Origin: Spirochaetia bacterium
GTDB lineage: Bacteria > Spirochaetota > Spirochaetia > UBA9216
Direction: 5' to 3'
DNA length: 64,000 bases
Assembly: GCA_963677925.2 (NCBI GenBank)
Contig: CAXXYH010000003.1
Span: 864,001 to 928,000 of the forward strand
This document shows positions 9,872 to 20,255 of this stretch, piece by piece (position 1 is the stretch's first letter; each line of letters starts with the position of its first letter). The translations under genes were made by a program, and so were the position numbers. Under the pieces are notes generated by a model. It was not told the origin of the DNA. It ran no database searches and saw nothing but the letters and a program-made list of their open reading frames with translations.

Positions 9872-10573
9872 ATGCAGGAAAAACTGTTCGGGCTTACCCG
9901 GACTACACTTCTTGATTACCCGGGAAAGGTTGCAGCAACAGTCTTTACCCGGGGCTGTAATATGAGGTGTCCCTACTGTCATAATCCCGGACTTGTCTGC
10001 GGAGATGACAGGGAGGGCCTTCTTACCTGGACAGAAATAATCGAATATTTAAAAAAACGTCAGGGACTCCTGGGCGGAGTATGTATATCGGGCGGAGAAC
10101 CGATGATACACATCGATATTGATGAAAAGATTGACGAACTGCACAGCCTCGGCTACAAGGTTAAAATTGACACAAACGGAGCACTCCCTGACAGACTTAA
10201 AACACTTAAAGCCGACTATATTGCCATGGATATCAAAACAGCCCCGTCACGCTATGCTGTTATGGGTTATACGGGAAGCCGCAGCGAGATAAAAGACCGG
10301 ATTCTCGAATCAATCGGAATTATAAAAAATTCGGGAATTGCCCACCACTTCAGAACTACGGCCGTACCTGAGCTTGTAACTTCGGATGATATCAGGGAAA
10401 TAGTAAAACTTCTTGACGGTGAAGAGAATTTTGTAATTCAGGGATTCAGACCAGGAAACACTCTTGATCCCGATTATTCCAGGCTGAATGCTGCCGACGC
10501 GGTGTACCTTGACCGTCTGAAAACTATCGTAGAAGAGGCAGGAATCAACTGCATGGTAAAATACAACAATTAA
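9872..10573 (+). CDS. nrdG: Anaerobic RNR activating protein (radical SAM)
   Basis: LLDYPGKVAATVFTRGCNMRCPYCHNP (CxxxCxxC), SGGEP, DTNG. Confidence 0.93.
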   Translation: MQEKLFGLTRTTLLDYPGKVAATVFTRGCNMRCPYCHNPGLVCGDDREGLLTWTEIIEYLKKRQGLLGGVCISGGEPMIHIDIDEKIDELHSLGYKVKIDTNGALPDRLKTLKADYIAMDIKTAPSRYAVMGYTGSRSEIKDRILESIGIIKNSGIAHHFRTTAVPELVTSDDIREIVKLLDGEENFVIQGFRPGNTLDPDYSRLNAADAVYLDRLKTIVEEAGINCMVKYNN

Positions 10574-11712
10574 TAGTCTTCCTGCAGAAGAAACTCAGTA
10601 AATTGATATTCGAACTTTCTGGGCACCATTATTTCGTTAACACAGCTGATGGCATAATCATCTGACATTCCGGCTATATAATCATAGACAATCATATCCA
10701 TATTACCGTCGACCTCCTGATAGAAGTCTTTCATCTTACGGTAGTAATCTCCGAATCTGGCTGCCAGGAAATTATTTTCAGAGCGGTAATGCCCTGTATT
10801 CTCACCGCCGTTTTCGAAGAGATCAGTAAGATATTCAAACAGAACCTTCAGCATTCTTTCAAAGTATCCATGATACGTGGAAAGCAGCGGATTTTTATAG
10901 ATTCTGCGGTAGTTGAACTCAACAAGAACAAGCATTGCCTTGAATATGTCATCTGAAAAGCCGATCCTGCCGGTTTCCAGAGAAGTAGCAATGAGATCAT
11001 TTACCATCGAGTTGATAATCTCGCTGTTGCTGTTGCCGAGCACCCGTGTAACATCTTCGGGAATATCTTCCTGGCTGATAATCTTCAGGTGCATTGCATC
11101 TTCAAGATCACGGCCCATGTAGGCTATCTTATCCGACATACGCACAACAACGCCTTCCCAGGTTGCGGGATAATTCTCACGGTTTTTAATCTCAGAAAGA
11201 TTTTTAACGGTAAAATCGGGAATCATTGACTGCTCAAATTTTTCTCCGCAGTGGTTTAAAATGCCGTCTCTGACAGCGTAGGCAAGGTTCAGACCCTTTC
11301 CATAGCCTGCAAGATGATCTACGACCCGCAGCGAATATATCTCATGCTTGAAACCGCCTTTATCCTTCATCAGATCTGAAAGAATGGTCTCTCCGACATG
11401 TCCGAAGGGAGTATGTCCAAGATCATGCCCGAGACCGATTGCCCAGGCTAGATCAGCATCAAGATCCAGAGCTCTGCAGATAGTTGCAGCAACCGAGGCA
11501 ACATGCATCACATGCTCTATTCGGGTACATATATGATCATTATGGGGAGAAAAGAAGACCTGGGTTTTGTGCTTCAGTCTTCTGAATGGATAACTGTGGA
11601 TAATTGCCGTGGTGTCACGGAAATATGCCGACCGAAGATCCCGATCTCTGGCATGTAGACGCTTTGTAAGGTCGGTTTGGGGAATAGGGTTTTCAAAAAA
11701 TAGACTAGGCAT
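10570..11712 (-). CDS. dgt: HD-domain dNTP triphosphohydrolase (dGTPase-like)
   Basis: FRRLKHKTQVF, TRIEH, GHDLGHTPFGH, DKIAY, DYIAGMSD. Confidence 0.85.
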   Translation of the reverse strand: MPSLFFENPIPQTDLTKRLHARDRDLRSAYFRDTTAIIHSYPFRRLKHKTQVFFSPHNDHICTRIEHVMHVASVAATICRALDLDADLAWAIGLGHDLGHTPFGHVGETILSDLMKDKGGFKHEIYSLRVVDHLAGYGKGLNLAYAVRDGILNHCGEKFEQSMIPDFTVKNLSEIKNRENYPATWEGVVVRMSDKIAYMGRDLEDAMHLKIISQEDIPEDVTRVLGNSNSEIINSMVNDLIATSLETGRIGFSDDIFKAMLVLVEFNYRRIYKNPLLSTYHGYFERMLKVLFEYLTDLFENGGENTGHYRSENNFLAARFGDYYRKMKDFYQEVDGNMDMIVYDYIAGMSDDYAISCVNEIMVPRKFEYQFTEFLLQEDY

Positions 11713-11780
11713 AAGAATTCCAAAAAATCATTGCATTTTCAACATAAAGTTTATATCATTGTTATTGGTATGGTCAACTT

Positions 11781-13862
11781 ATGAAAGGTGAGAAGATACT
11801 CATCGTCGAAGACGAAAGAATAATTGCTATTGATTTGCAGCGCCGACTGGAACGTTATGGTTATACCGTTGTTGCTATTTCCGCAACAGCTGATCATGCC
11901 ATAGATATGGTCGAACGTCATTCTCCTGATATCATCCTGATGGATATTCATATCATCGGAGATATTGACGGTATTGAAACTGCAAAGATAATAAAGTCAC
12001 GTTACGCTATTCCTGTAATTTTTCTTACTGCGTTTTCTAATCAGGAGATTATAGAACGTGCGAAAATTGCAGAGCCCTCAGGCTATATCCTTAAGCCTTT
12101 CAAGGATAAGGAACTGTACACAACAATTGATATTGCTCTTTACAAGTACCGTGTCGATCAGGAACTTAAAAAGCAGCAGAGATGGTCTACAGCCATTCTT
12201 CATTCAATAGCCGACGGGATTATCGCAACCGATAAGGAAAACAGCATCATCCTTATCAACCCTGTAGCCGAGAAGATTACCGGCTGGGAAGAAAAGGATG
12301 TAATCGGTAAAAGCCTGAATGAGATAATCCTGCTTGAGGATATGAATCAGTCGGACAGCCCTGTTGTAAACCTTCCTGAAAGTGACGAGATGATCGTCCG
12401 CAGACGGCCCTTTACCTTTAAAAACTGCTATCTTTCAAACAATCACGGCGAAAAACTTCAGGTTGAAGGCAGTCTTGCAGCTATCATGGACAAGCCCGGC
12501 AATTTTGAAGGACTTGTACTTGCTATCAGGGATATGACTACAGTAAAGAAGCTCTCCGAAGCAATAGCTTACCATACAAGCCATGACAACCTGACAGGAC
12601 TTTCCAACAGAGACAGTTTTTCACTTAAACTGGAATCACTGCTAACTGAAAGTGAATCAATGGAGGAGGAAAACGCCCTTCTTTTCATTGACATGGACAG
12701 GTTTAAAATTATCAATGATACATGCGGACATACGACAGCTGATACAATGCTGGTCAATGTTGCCAATATCATAAAGGATCATTCAGAAACTTCTGAGCAC
12801 AGCGCAAGACTCGGCGGAGACCAGTTCGGGCTCATCCTTAACGGCTCCGACAGAGATGATATTGTTGCAAAAGCAACTAAGCTTCATAATCAGTTCCACA
12901 CGCTTAGACTCGAATGGGAAGAAAAGGTTTTTCCATACGATACAAGCATTGGAATAGCCTTTCTGGAAGGTACGGAAAAATCGGTCTCAGTTCTACTGGC
13001 CGAAGTAGATGATGCCTGTTTTGTTGCCAAAGAAGAAGGCGGCAACAGGATTAAAATCTATAACGAGATGGAGAACCAGTTTCAAAAACGCCGCGGCGAA
13101 ATGGAATGGGTATCTAAACTCTCCAGGGCTCTTGATAAGAACAGATTTGAACTGTACATCCAGGAAATCAGACCTCTTAACAGCAGTGCAGATACACCCA
13201 GCAAGGGTGAAATTCTTATCAGGATGAGAAATGAGGAAGGCCAGATTGTAATGCCGGCCGACTTCATTCCTGCAGCGGAACGTTATAATATGATGGCTCA
13301 GATTGACAGATGGGTAATTTCAGAGTCTATCCGCCTCTTTCGTGAAAACATGAAGCATGGAAGGCTGAAGCATATTCAGCAGTTCTCTGTGAACCTTTCA
13401 GCACAGTCCATGACAGACAACAGCATACTTGGTTTTATTAAGGAACAGTTCAGGGATGCCGGGATTTCTCCCGAGCATTTCTGTTTTGAAATAACTGAAA
13501 CAGCCACCATCAGCAATATGGCATCGGCACATGAGTTTATAAACGATTTAAAACAGACAGGCTGTTCATTCGCCCTCGATGATTTCGGCAGCGGTTTCTC
13601 TTCGTTCAATTACCTTAAAAACCTTCCGGTCGATTATCTAAAAATTGACGGTGTGTTTGTACGGAATATGCATGAGGACAGTGTGAACAAAGCGATGGTT
13701 GAGGCTATTAATACAATGGGCCATATCATGGGCAAGAAAACAATCGCAGAGTTCGTAAGCAATTCAACAATAATCAACATGCTTAGTGAATTGAAGGTAG
13801 ACTACGCCCAGGGTTACGAGATATCAAAACCCATACCGCTTGAATCCAAAAACTGGGCTTAA
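11781..13862 (+). CDS. REC-PAS-GGDEF-EAL c-di-GMP signalling protein
   Basis: Receiver (VEDE, LMD, KP), PAS, degenerate GGDQF, EIL(EAL), EITET, LDDFGSG, KID. Confidence 0.9.
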   Translation: MKGEKILIVEDERIIAIDLQRRLERYGYTVVAISATADHAIDMVERHSPDIILMDIHIIGDIDGIETAKIIKSRYAIPVIFLTAFSNQEIIERAKIAEPSGYILKPFKDKELYTTIDIALYKYRVDQELKKQQRWSTAILHSIADGIIATDKENSIILINPVAEKITGWEEKDVIGKSLNEIILLEDMNQSDSPVVNLPESDEMIVRRRPFTFKNCYLSNNHGEKLQVEGSLAAIMDKPGNFEGLVLAIRDMTTVKKLSEAIAYHTSHDNLTGLSNRDSFSLKLESLLTESESMEEENALLFIDMDRFKIINDTCGHTTADTMLVNVANIIKDHSETSEHSARLGGDQFGLILNGSDRDDIVAKATKLHNQFHTLRLEWEEKVFPYDTSIGIAFLEGTEKSVSVLLAEVDDACFVAKEEGGNRIKIYNEMENQFQKRRGEMEWVSKLSRALDKNRFELYIQEIRPLNSSADTPSKGEILIRMRNEEGQIVMPADFIPAAERYNMMAQIDRWVISESIRLFRENMKHGRLKHIQQFSVNLSAQSMTDNSILGFIKEQFRDAGISPEHFCFEITETATISNMASAHEFINDLKQTGCSFALDDFGSGFSSFNYLKNLPVDYLKIDGVFVRNMHEDSVNKAMVEAINTMGHIMGKKTIAEFVSNSTIINMLSELKVDYAQGYEISKPIPLESKNWA

Positions 13863-13877
13863 CAGTATCCCGGCGTA

Positions 13878-15152
13878 TTAATTAGTAAGGCCGGCGACAG
13901 CAGCACCTATTACCGGGGCGTTGTCAACCTTTTTAATCACATAATGAAGTCCGCGTTTGGAAAACTCCGCTTTCAGGTACTTCTCTACCCTGTCCCTGAA
14001 ACCGCTTAACATCCAGAAGGTAGAGCCGTCCGGACATATGCAGATGGGATGCTCAGTACTGAGTCCGCTTTCAGATTTCACCGCAACTGCAGTCAGCTTA
14101 ACGGCAGTCAAAAGAGCCGCTCTTTCAATTACAGCATCGCATATCAGTCTCGACGCTTCAGCAGCTGCACTGTCAGCAGAACCAGCTTCAATTGCCGAAG
14201 AATCATCACCGTCCATGAAACTGCTTAAACCTGCTCCGTCCATATTTTTTATTTCAGCCTCAAATACATTTTCTGACGCGGCGGATTTAAGAGTAAAACT
14301 GCATAGAGGTCCAAGATAGGCACCGGAGATCATCTTTTCGTAATGATATATAGCCGGATCTACCGTTGAGGCTCTGAATGCAGCATCGATATCGGTAGAA
14401 GGAGCTTCGTGATAGGAGCCTGATTCCATATTTATGATCTGCTTTTCAGTCTGCTGCAGACCTGGTACCTTGGATATGTTTGAATTCTTCTCCTGATAAC
14501 AGGCATTTATTCCGGTTCCCACTATCAGACCTATAAAGGAATCATAGTTTTCCGAACCTGGAGCAGATTTTCCGGCCAGCATTGTAGCAACGGTATCGTT
14601 TAAAAGGATAATCTTTTCGATATGGGAAACGCCCCGCTCAGCCAGCGCATCTAAAACACCCTTTCCGACAAGGCAGCCTTCGACTTCTGGGGCTTTGATT
14701 TCTTTGCTGAATTTAAGAAGTCTGCCGTCCCTTTCCGGAGTTTTTTCCATGGCATAACTGAAACAGAACCCGATCTTCGCAGCTTTTGGTGCAAGATCCA
14801 TTATAAAATCAGCTATCTCTCCGAAAAACTCGGACTTTGAAAGCTCTCGTTCAATTCCGGGCATACTTCTTTTTTTGAAATTGCTTATTACAGCATTTTT
14901 GTCAGAATCGAATTTGACCAGCGCGGCTCTGAAATTTGTTCCTCCGGCATCAAGGACAAGTACACTTTTATCAAGGGGAAGTTCACCAGCGGATTCAATA
15001 TAAGTAGGAATCATGGGAAGAGAGGATGAACTGCTTAAGCCCTTTTCCATTTCTGCAAGGAAATCATCCGTACATTTATCAAAGTTATAAAACTCTGAGG
15101 AAAGTCTGTGTTTTGATAAAAATTTTTCGGCCTTGATCAGATTATCTTTCAT
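13878..15152 (-). CDS. Hexokinase (eukaryote-type family)
   Basis: LPMIPTY, LDAGGTNFR, GFCFSY, LNDTVAT, GTGINACY, INMESG, EKMISGAYLG, DGS. Confidence 0.9.
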   Translation of the reverse strand: MKDNLIKAEKFLSKHRLSSEFYNFDKCTDDFLAEMEKGLSSSSSLPMIPTYIESAGELPLDKSVLVLDAGGTNFRAALVKFDSDKNAVISNFKKRSMPGIERELSKSEFFGEIADFIMDLAPKAAKIGFCFSYAMEKTPERDGRLLKFSKEIKAPEVEGCLVGKGVLDALAERGVSHIEKIILLNDTVATMLAGKSAPGSENYDSFIGLIVGTGINACYQEKNSNISKVPGLQQTEKQIINMESGSYHEAPSTDIDAAFRASTVDPAIYHYEKMISGAYLGPLCSFTLKSAASENVFEAEIKNMDGAGLSSFMDGDDSSAIEAGSADSAAAEASRLICDAVIERAALLTAVKLTAVAVKSESGLSTEHPICICPDGSTFWMLSGFRDRVEKYLKAEFSKRGLHYVIKKVDNAPVIGAAVAGLTN

Positions 15153-15216
15153 TTAACCACCTTTTCAAGTATAATACATTAAATTAAAATAAAATGAAAA
15201 GGGTAGATCAGACATA

Positions 15217-16320
15217 ATGCCTTCGCAATCCGATGTAGCAAAACTTGCAAATGTCTCGTTCATGACCGTATCAAGAGTCATTAACGGTAAGGACAATGTA
15301 AAGGAAGATACCCGACGCAGGGTTCTCAAAGCCATTGAAGAACTTGGTTACTATCCCAACGCAGCGGCAAGAGCTCTTAACAACAACAAAACGGATGGAA
15401 TAGGTATTATTATACCTCATGCCGAGTTTATGACTGTTGCTCCCTATTTTCTTGATCTCATTACAAGCCTGGAAAGAAATATAGATAGAATGGGCTACCA
15501 TCTGGTATTCAAACTTCCAAGTGCCATTAAGACAGCATCAGATTACTCACAGCTGTATCTGGAAAGAAAGGTTGACGGGGTCATTGTACTTGCGCCCTCT
15601 GTTGACCAGTGGCTGCTTAGAAAACTTGTTACCGATAATGTGCCATCTGTAGTTGTTTACGGACGTGATGATGAACTTGATATTAACTATATAGATGCCA
15701 ATAACCACAAGGGTGCGCTTTCGGCAATCGACTATCTGATAAACCTCGGCCATAAGCGCATAGGGATGGTAACAGGAAGCACTACTCTGATTTGCGGACG
15801 CGATAGAATAAGCGGCTACCTTGAGGCCATTGAAAAAAATAATCTGCCTGTTGATAAAAGGCTTATTTACTATGGAGACTGGCAGCCGGAGAGCGGTAAA
15901 AAGGCTTTTAAATACTTCATGGGCCTGGAAAAACAGCCTACAGCCGTATTCTGCGCCAATGACCACATGGCTCTCGGCCTGATGAATGCAGCATTTGAAG
16001 CAGGACTGCGTATACCTCAGGATCTTTCAGTTTTCGGATATAATAATATTACCTACTCGGAATTTCTCACTCCGCCGCTTACGACCATGAAACAGCCGCT
16101 TGAAGAAATCGGCAACATGGCTGTTGAACTGCTTGTGAAGGTAATTGAGGAACCCTCAAGGCCTAAAGAAAAGATTATGATGGATACCGAACTGGTAGTG
16201 CGAAAATCCTGCTGTCCGCCCCGGAAGACTGATCATATTAAAATCAAACCCTCAGATCCTCTTGAACTTCCAGCTCTCAGGGTGGGTCCTGTATACCCCC
16301 ACCCCTACAGGAAGGAATAA
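15217..16320 (+). CDS. LacI-family transcriptional regulator
   Basis: DVAKLANVSFMTVSRVIN HTH, YPNAAARAL hinge, NDHMALG, PPLTT. Confidence 0.93.
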   Translation: MPSQSDVAKLANVSFMTVSRVINGKDNVKEDTRRRVLKAIEELGYYPNAAARALNNNKTDGIGIIIPHAEFMTVAPYFLDLITSLERNIDRMGYHLVFKLPSAIKTASDYSQLYLERKVDGVIVLAPSVDQWLLRKLVTDNVPSVVVYGRDDELDINYIDANNHKGALSAIDYLINLGHKRIGMVTGSTTLICGRDRISGYLEAIEKNNLPVDKRLIYYGDWQPESGKKAFKYFMGLEKQPTAVFCANDHMALGLMNAAFEAGLRIPQDLSVFGYNNITYSEFLTPPLTTMKQPLEEIGNMAVELLVKVIEEPSRPKEKIMMDTELVVRKSCCPPRKTDHIKIKPSDPLELPALRVGPVYPHPYRKE

Positions 16321-16324
16321 AGCA

Positions 16325-17707
16325 TCAGATCATCGAATCAATATCGAATACACTCTCAAGCTTTTCAGGGCTTAGAATTCCTTCTTCTGCTGCAACATCC
16401 TTAACCTTGCGTTTTTCCTTATACGCCCGATATGCAATAGCTGCGGCTTTGTCGTAGCCTATTTCAATCGCAAGCGGAGTAACCACCGCAAGGCTCCATT
16501 CTATAAAATCACGGCATCGCTGTTCATCAGCTTCTATTCCGCTGATGCATTTTTCTGCAAAGCTCACACTGACCCGATCAAGAAGATCAATCGAAGTAAG
16601 AATCTCATGTACGAGGAGAGGCTGCATGATATTGAGCTCTAGCGGTGAATTCTGACAGGCTACAGTTACCGAGGTATATTTACCGCTTATATGAGCAGCC
16701 GACTGAATTACCATCTCGGGAATTACCGGATTAACTTTTCCCGGCATTATTGACGAACCGGGCTGCAGTGACGGAAGAACAATTTCTCCGAGTGCGCCTC
16801 TGGGCCCGCTTGCAAGAATACGCAGGTCCTGAGCTATTTTCATCAAACTGACAGCTATGCTGTTTACAGCCCCCATAAGCTCAAGCATTGAATCACGGGC
16901 GGCTATAGCCTCAAACAGATTCTCAGCCTGCCTGAAGGGCACCCCTGTTTCTGCCCCTGTAAAGTCTGCAACTTTCTTTCCGAAATCAGGATGGGTATTA
17001 ATGCCGGTTCCAAGCGCTGTTCCGCCGATTGCAAGCTCTTCAAGATTACCGAAAGTATTTCTGAGTCTGGCAGCCCCCTTTCGAACCTGAACCGCGTAGG
17101 CAGAAAATTCCTGGCCCAGGGTCATAGGCACCGCATCCTGGAGATGGGTTCTTCCGAGCTTCGGGACTCCTGAAAACTCCTCAGCCTTGGCTTCAAGTGC
17201 TGTCGCAAGTATAATCAGTGATTTTTCAAGATTGGATGCGGCAAGACGGGCTGCAATATTCATTGCAGTCGGAATTACATCATTTGATGACTGACCGCGG
17301 TTTACATGGTCATTTGGATGGACAGGCTCCTTGCTTCCGATTCCCGTGCCGGCTTCTGCATTCGAAATATTAGCTATAACCTCATTTATATTCATGTTCC
17401 AAGAGGTTCCCGATCCTGTCTGAAATACATCAAGAGGAAATTCCGAGCTGAACTCTCCCTTCTCTATCCTTGAGGCTGCCCTCATTATAAGATCACGAAC
17501 TTCTTCGTTAACGAGTCCCAGACTGCAGTTTACAGATGCCGCAGCCCTCTTTATAAGTGCAAGAGCGGAAAGATAAGATTCCGGAATACGGTATTCGGAG
17601 ACTGTAAAATTCTCAACTGCACGCTGAGTCTGAGCCCCCCACCACCTGTCTGATTTTATTCTTACTTCGCCCATTGAGTCTTTTTCTATTCTGAATCCTT
17701 CATTCAT
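16325..17707 (-). CDS. fumC: Class II fumarate hydratase
   Basis: RIEKDSMG, GAQTQRA, QTGSGT, QSSND, GRTHLQDA, GSSIMPGKVNP; alternative start 17716. Confidence 0.92.
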   Translation of the reverse strand: MNEGFRIEKDSMGEVRIKSDRWWGAQTQRAVENFTVSEYRIPESYLSALALIKRAAASVNCSLGLVNEEVRDLIMRAASRIEKGEFSSEFPLDVFQTGSGTSWNMNINEVIANISNAEAGTGIGSKEPVHPNDHVNRGQSSNDVIPTAMNIAARLAASNLEKSLIILATALEAKAEEFSGVPKLGRTHLQDAVPMTLGQEFSAYAVQVRKGAARLRNTFGNLEELAIGGTALGTGINTHPDFGKKVADFTGAETGVPFRQAENLFEAIAARDSMLELMGAVNSIAVSLMKIAQDLRILASGPRGALGEIVLPSLQPGSSIMPGKVNPVIPEMVIQSAAHISGKYTSVTVACQNSPLELNIMQPLLVHEILTSIDLLDRVSVSFAEKCISGIEADEQRCRDFIEWSLAVVTPLAIEIGYDKAAAIAYRAYKEKRKVKDVAAEEGILSPEKLESVFDIDSMI

Positions 17708-17838
17708 AAGCTGCATTATTTACTTTTTAGACAGCTTTTTCAACACCCGGAACAGGGTGCTTCAGCTGTTAATTACAAACATAATTTCTGTTCAGGGATG
17801 CCCTTGACCGGTAAGGTTGCTTTGTTTATTGTAGGAAG

Positions 17839-18390
17839 ATGCTGAAGCTATTCAAACCGCTGCTGATTACAGGAATGAAGCACAGCGGTAAAACAACAAC
17901 CGGAAAAACACTTTCCAGGATGACAGGAATCAGGTTTCTCGATATCGATGATCTCATTGAGGAACTTTATTTTGAAAAAACAGGAAACCGTAAAACCTTC
18001 CGCGAGATATACAGGGAGGCGCCGGAAAACTTCAAAAAGCATGAAGCCGGTGCAGCAGAGGTTCTTGTAAACAGGAAACAAATCCTTATAGCCGCTGCCG
18101 GCGGCGGATTATGCGCTAACGAAGATGCAGTAAAAATACTTAAAGATGAATTTGTTTTTATCTGCATCAATGAAAAGAAAGAAGTTCTTTTACAGAGAAT
18201 ACTCGCAGGAGGTATTCCCGCGTTTCTTGACCCTGATAATCCGGAAGAGCATTTCAGCAGACTGTATGATGAGCGGACAGCAATCTATCATAGTTTATGC
18301 CGTATAAGTATAGAAGCAGAAGAACGGCATCCGGAAGATATAGCCGAAGATATCATTGAGAGTTTAAAGGAGCATGGATATGCCAGGTAG
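17839..18390 (+). CDS. aroK: Shikimate kinase
   Basis: GMKHSGKTT, DID, GGG; overlaps aroC. Confidence 0.82.
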   Translation: MLKLFKPLLITGMKHSGKTTTGKTLSRMTGIRFLDIDDLIEELYFEKTGNRKTFREIYREAPENFKKHEAGAAEVLVNRKQILIAAAGGGLCANEDAVKILKDEFVFICINEKKEVLLQRILAGGIPAFLDPDNPEEHFSRLYDERTAIYHSLCRISIEAEERHPEDIAEDIIESLKEHGYAR

Positions 18391-19438
18391 CAGTTTTGGC
18401 CAGAATTTCAGAATAACAACTTTCGGAGAGTCTCACGGAATTGCCGTAGGCGTAATAATTGACGGAGTAACCCCCGGTATTGAATTGACCGAGGCAGACA
18501 TCCAGAAGGAAATGGACCGCCGGAAGCCCGGGCAGTCAGCGGTAACAACTCCCAGAAAGGAGAGCGACACTGTAGCCATTGTCTCGGGTATGTTTGAAGG
18601 CAAAACAACCGGAACGCCGCTTACTGTTATTCTTTATAACAAGGACGCAAACCCCGAGGCTTATTCCAACATCAAGGATTTCTACCGCCCTGGTCATGCC
18701 GACTATACATACCAGCAGAAATACGGAATCCGTGATTTCAGGGGCAGCGGGCGAGCTTCGGGGCGGGAAACCGCAGGACGTGTTGCAGCAGGCGCCGTGG
18801 CAAAGAAGATGCTGGCCGAACATGGTATAAAAATTACCGCCTACACACTTGAGGTTGCAGGCATAAGGTGCGAAAGCATTGATCTGTCAATTATTGAGGA
18901 AAACCCGGTAAGAGCTGCAGATGCGGCCGCTGCCTGGAAAATGACCCAGAAAATAACTGAACTTGCCGAGAAGGGGGATAGTACCGGAGGCATTGTTGAA
19001 TGCGTCATTACAGGAGTTCCGGCCGGACTCGGCGAACCTGTATTCGACAAGATTGACGCTGAACTTTCAAAGGCAGTGATGTCGCTCGGCGGTGTCAAGG
19101 GTATCGAGTTCGGAGCAGGTTTTGCCGCTGCAAAGATGCTCGGCAGCGAACACAATGACTGGATGGATAAAGAAGGGTTTAAAACCAACAATGCCGGCGG
19201 AATACTCGGAGGCATTACAACCGGCAATGATATTATTTTCCGGATTGCAGTGAAGCCGACATCATCAATCGAACATCCACAGCAGACCATCGGACTTGAC
19301 GGCGAGGAGACTGAAATTATCACAACAGGAAGACATGACCCCTGCCTTACTCCGCGAATTGTTCCGGTTGTTGAATCAATGGCCGCCCTGGTGCTGATTG
19401 ACCATATGAAACGGCATACTGCTCAGCTCAGCAGGTAA
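18380..19438 (+). CDS. aroC: Chorismate synthase
   Basis: TFGESHG, RPGHAD, GRASGRETA, GVKGIEFG, KPTSSI, GRHDPC. Confidence 0.96.
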   Translation: MPGSSFGQNFRITTFGESHGIAVGVIIDGVTPGIELTEADIQKEMDRRKPGQSAVTTPRKESDTVAIVSGMFEGKTTGTPLTVILYNKDANPEAYSNIKDFYRPGHADYTYQQKYGIRDFRGSGRASGRETAGRVAAGAVAKKMLAEHGIKITAYTLEVAGIRCESIDLSIIEENPVRAADAAAAWKMTQKITELAEKGDSTGGIVECVITGVPAGLGEPVFDKIDAELSKAVMSLGGVKGIEFGAGFAAAKMLGSEHNDWMDKEGFKTNNAGGILGGITTGNDIIFRIAVKPTSSIEHPQQTIGLDGEETEIITTGRHDPCLTPRIVPVVESMAALVLIDHMKRHTAQLSR

Positions 19439-20241
19439 CCCCTGTCGACTGTAATAATGCCTCCTGTAATGCTTGCAGAAGCCCCTGAGGCAAGAAAGAG
19501 CACTGTTGAGGCAATATCTTCGCCGGTTACCAGGCGTGAACTTCCGTCTGCACATTTGAGAGGATTACGGGCTTCAACCATTTCTGCAAGCTCTGAAGAG
19601 CCTTCCCTGAGAGCATCCGATTCAACCAGCCCCGGAGCCACGGCATTTACTCTGATACCGGAAGGACCGAGCTCAGCAGCCAGAGAGGCTGTGTAGGCCG
19701 CGACCGCGCCCTTTGTGGCATCATAATGAGCTGTATTACCGAATCCGGGATGAAGCGCGTTGATACTGGCAATGTTGATGATGGAACCTCTCTGGGCGCA
19801 GGAGGAGGCCTTGTTTGCTTTCATAATCTTCGCCGCTTCACGTGAGCAGAGAAACAGACCCCGTGTATTTACAGCAAAGACCCTGTCCCACTCATCCGCA
19901 CTTAATTCTTCCTGGGGCAAAACACTCAGGACCCCGGAATTATTCACAAGTATATCTACAGTGTCAAAATCAGGATCATCGCTTATTTCTTTAAACAGTC
20001 TGACAACCTGGACTTCATTGCTTATGTCAGCTTTAAAAGCTTTTGCAATACAGCCCGCGTTCCTTAGCTCAGATACCAGCTTATCGGCAGAATGAGCGCT
20101 TGAATTATATACTACAGCCACGGAGGCTCCGGAATATGCAAGCCTACGGCTTACAGCATTGCCGATGTTAACGGCACCTCCTGTAATTACAGCTGTTTTT
20201 CCTTTTAAACTGAACATTGTGTCGGACATAGTCTGCTCCAT
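19423..20241 (-). CDS. SDR-family oxidoreductase (FabG-like)
   Basis: TGGAVNIG, LVNNSG, YDATK (YxxxK), RVNAVAPG. Confidence 0.88.
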   Translation of the reverse strand: MEQTMSDTMFSLKGKTAVITGGAVNIGNAVSRRLAYSGASVAVVYNSSAHSADKLVSELRNAGCIAKAFKADISNEVQVVRLFKEISDDPDFDTVDILVNNSGVLSVLPQEELSADEWDRVFAVNTRGLFLCSREAAKIMKANKASSCAQRGSIINIASINALHPGFGNTAHYDATKGAVAAYTASLAAELGPSGIRVNAVAPGLVESDALREGSSELAEMVEARNPLKCADGSSRLVTGEDIASTVLFLASGASASITGGIITVDRGYLLS

Positions 20242-20255
20242 GCTTATTATTTCGC

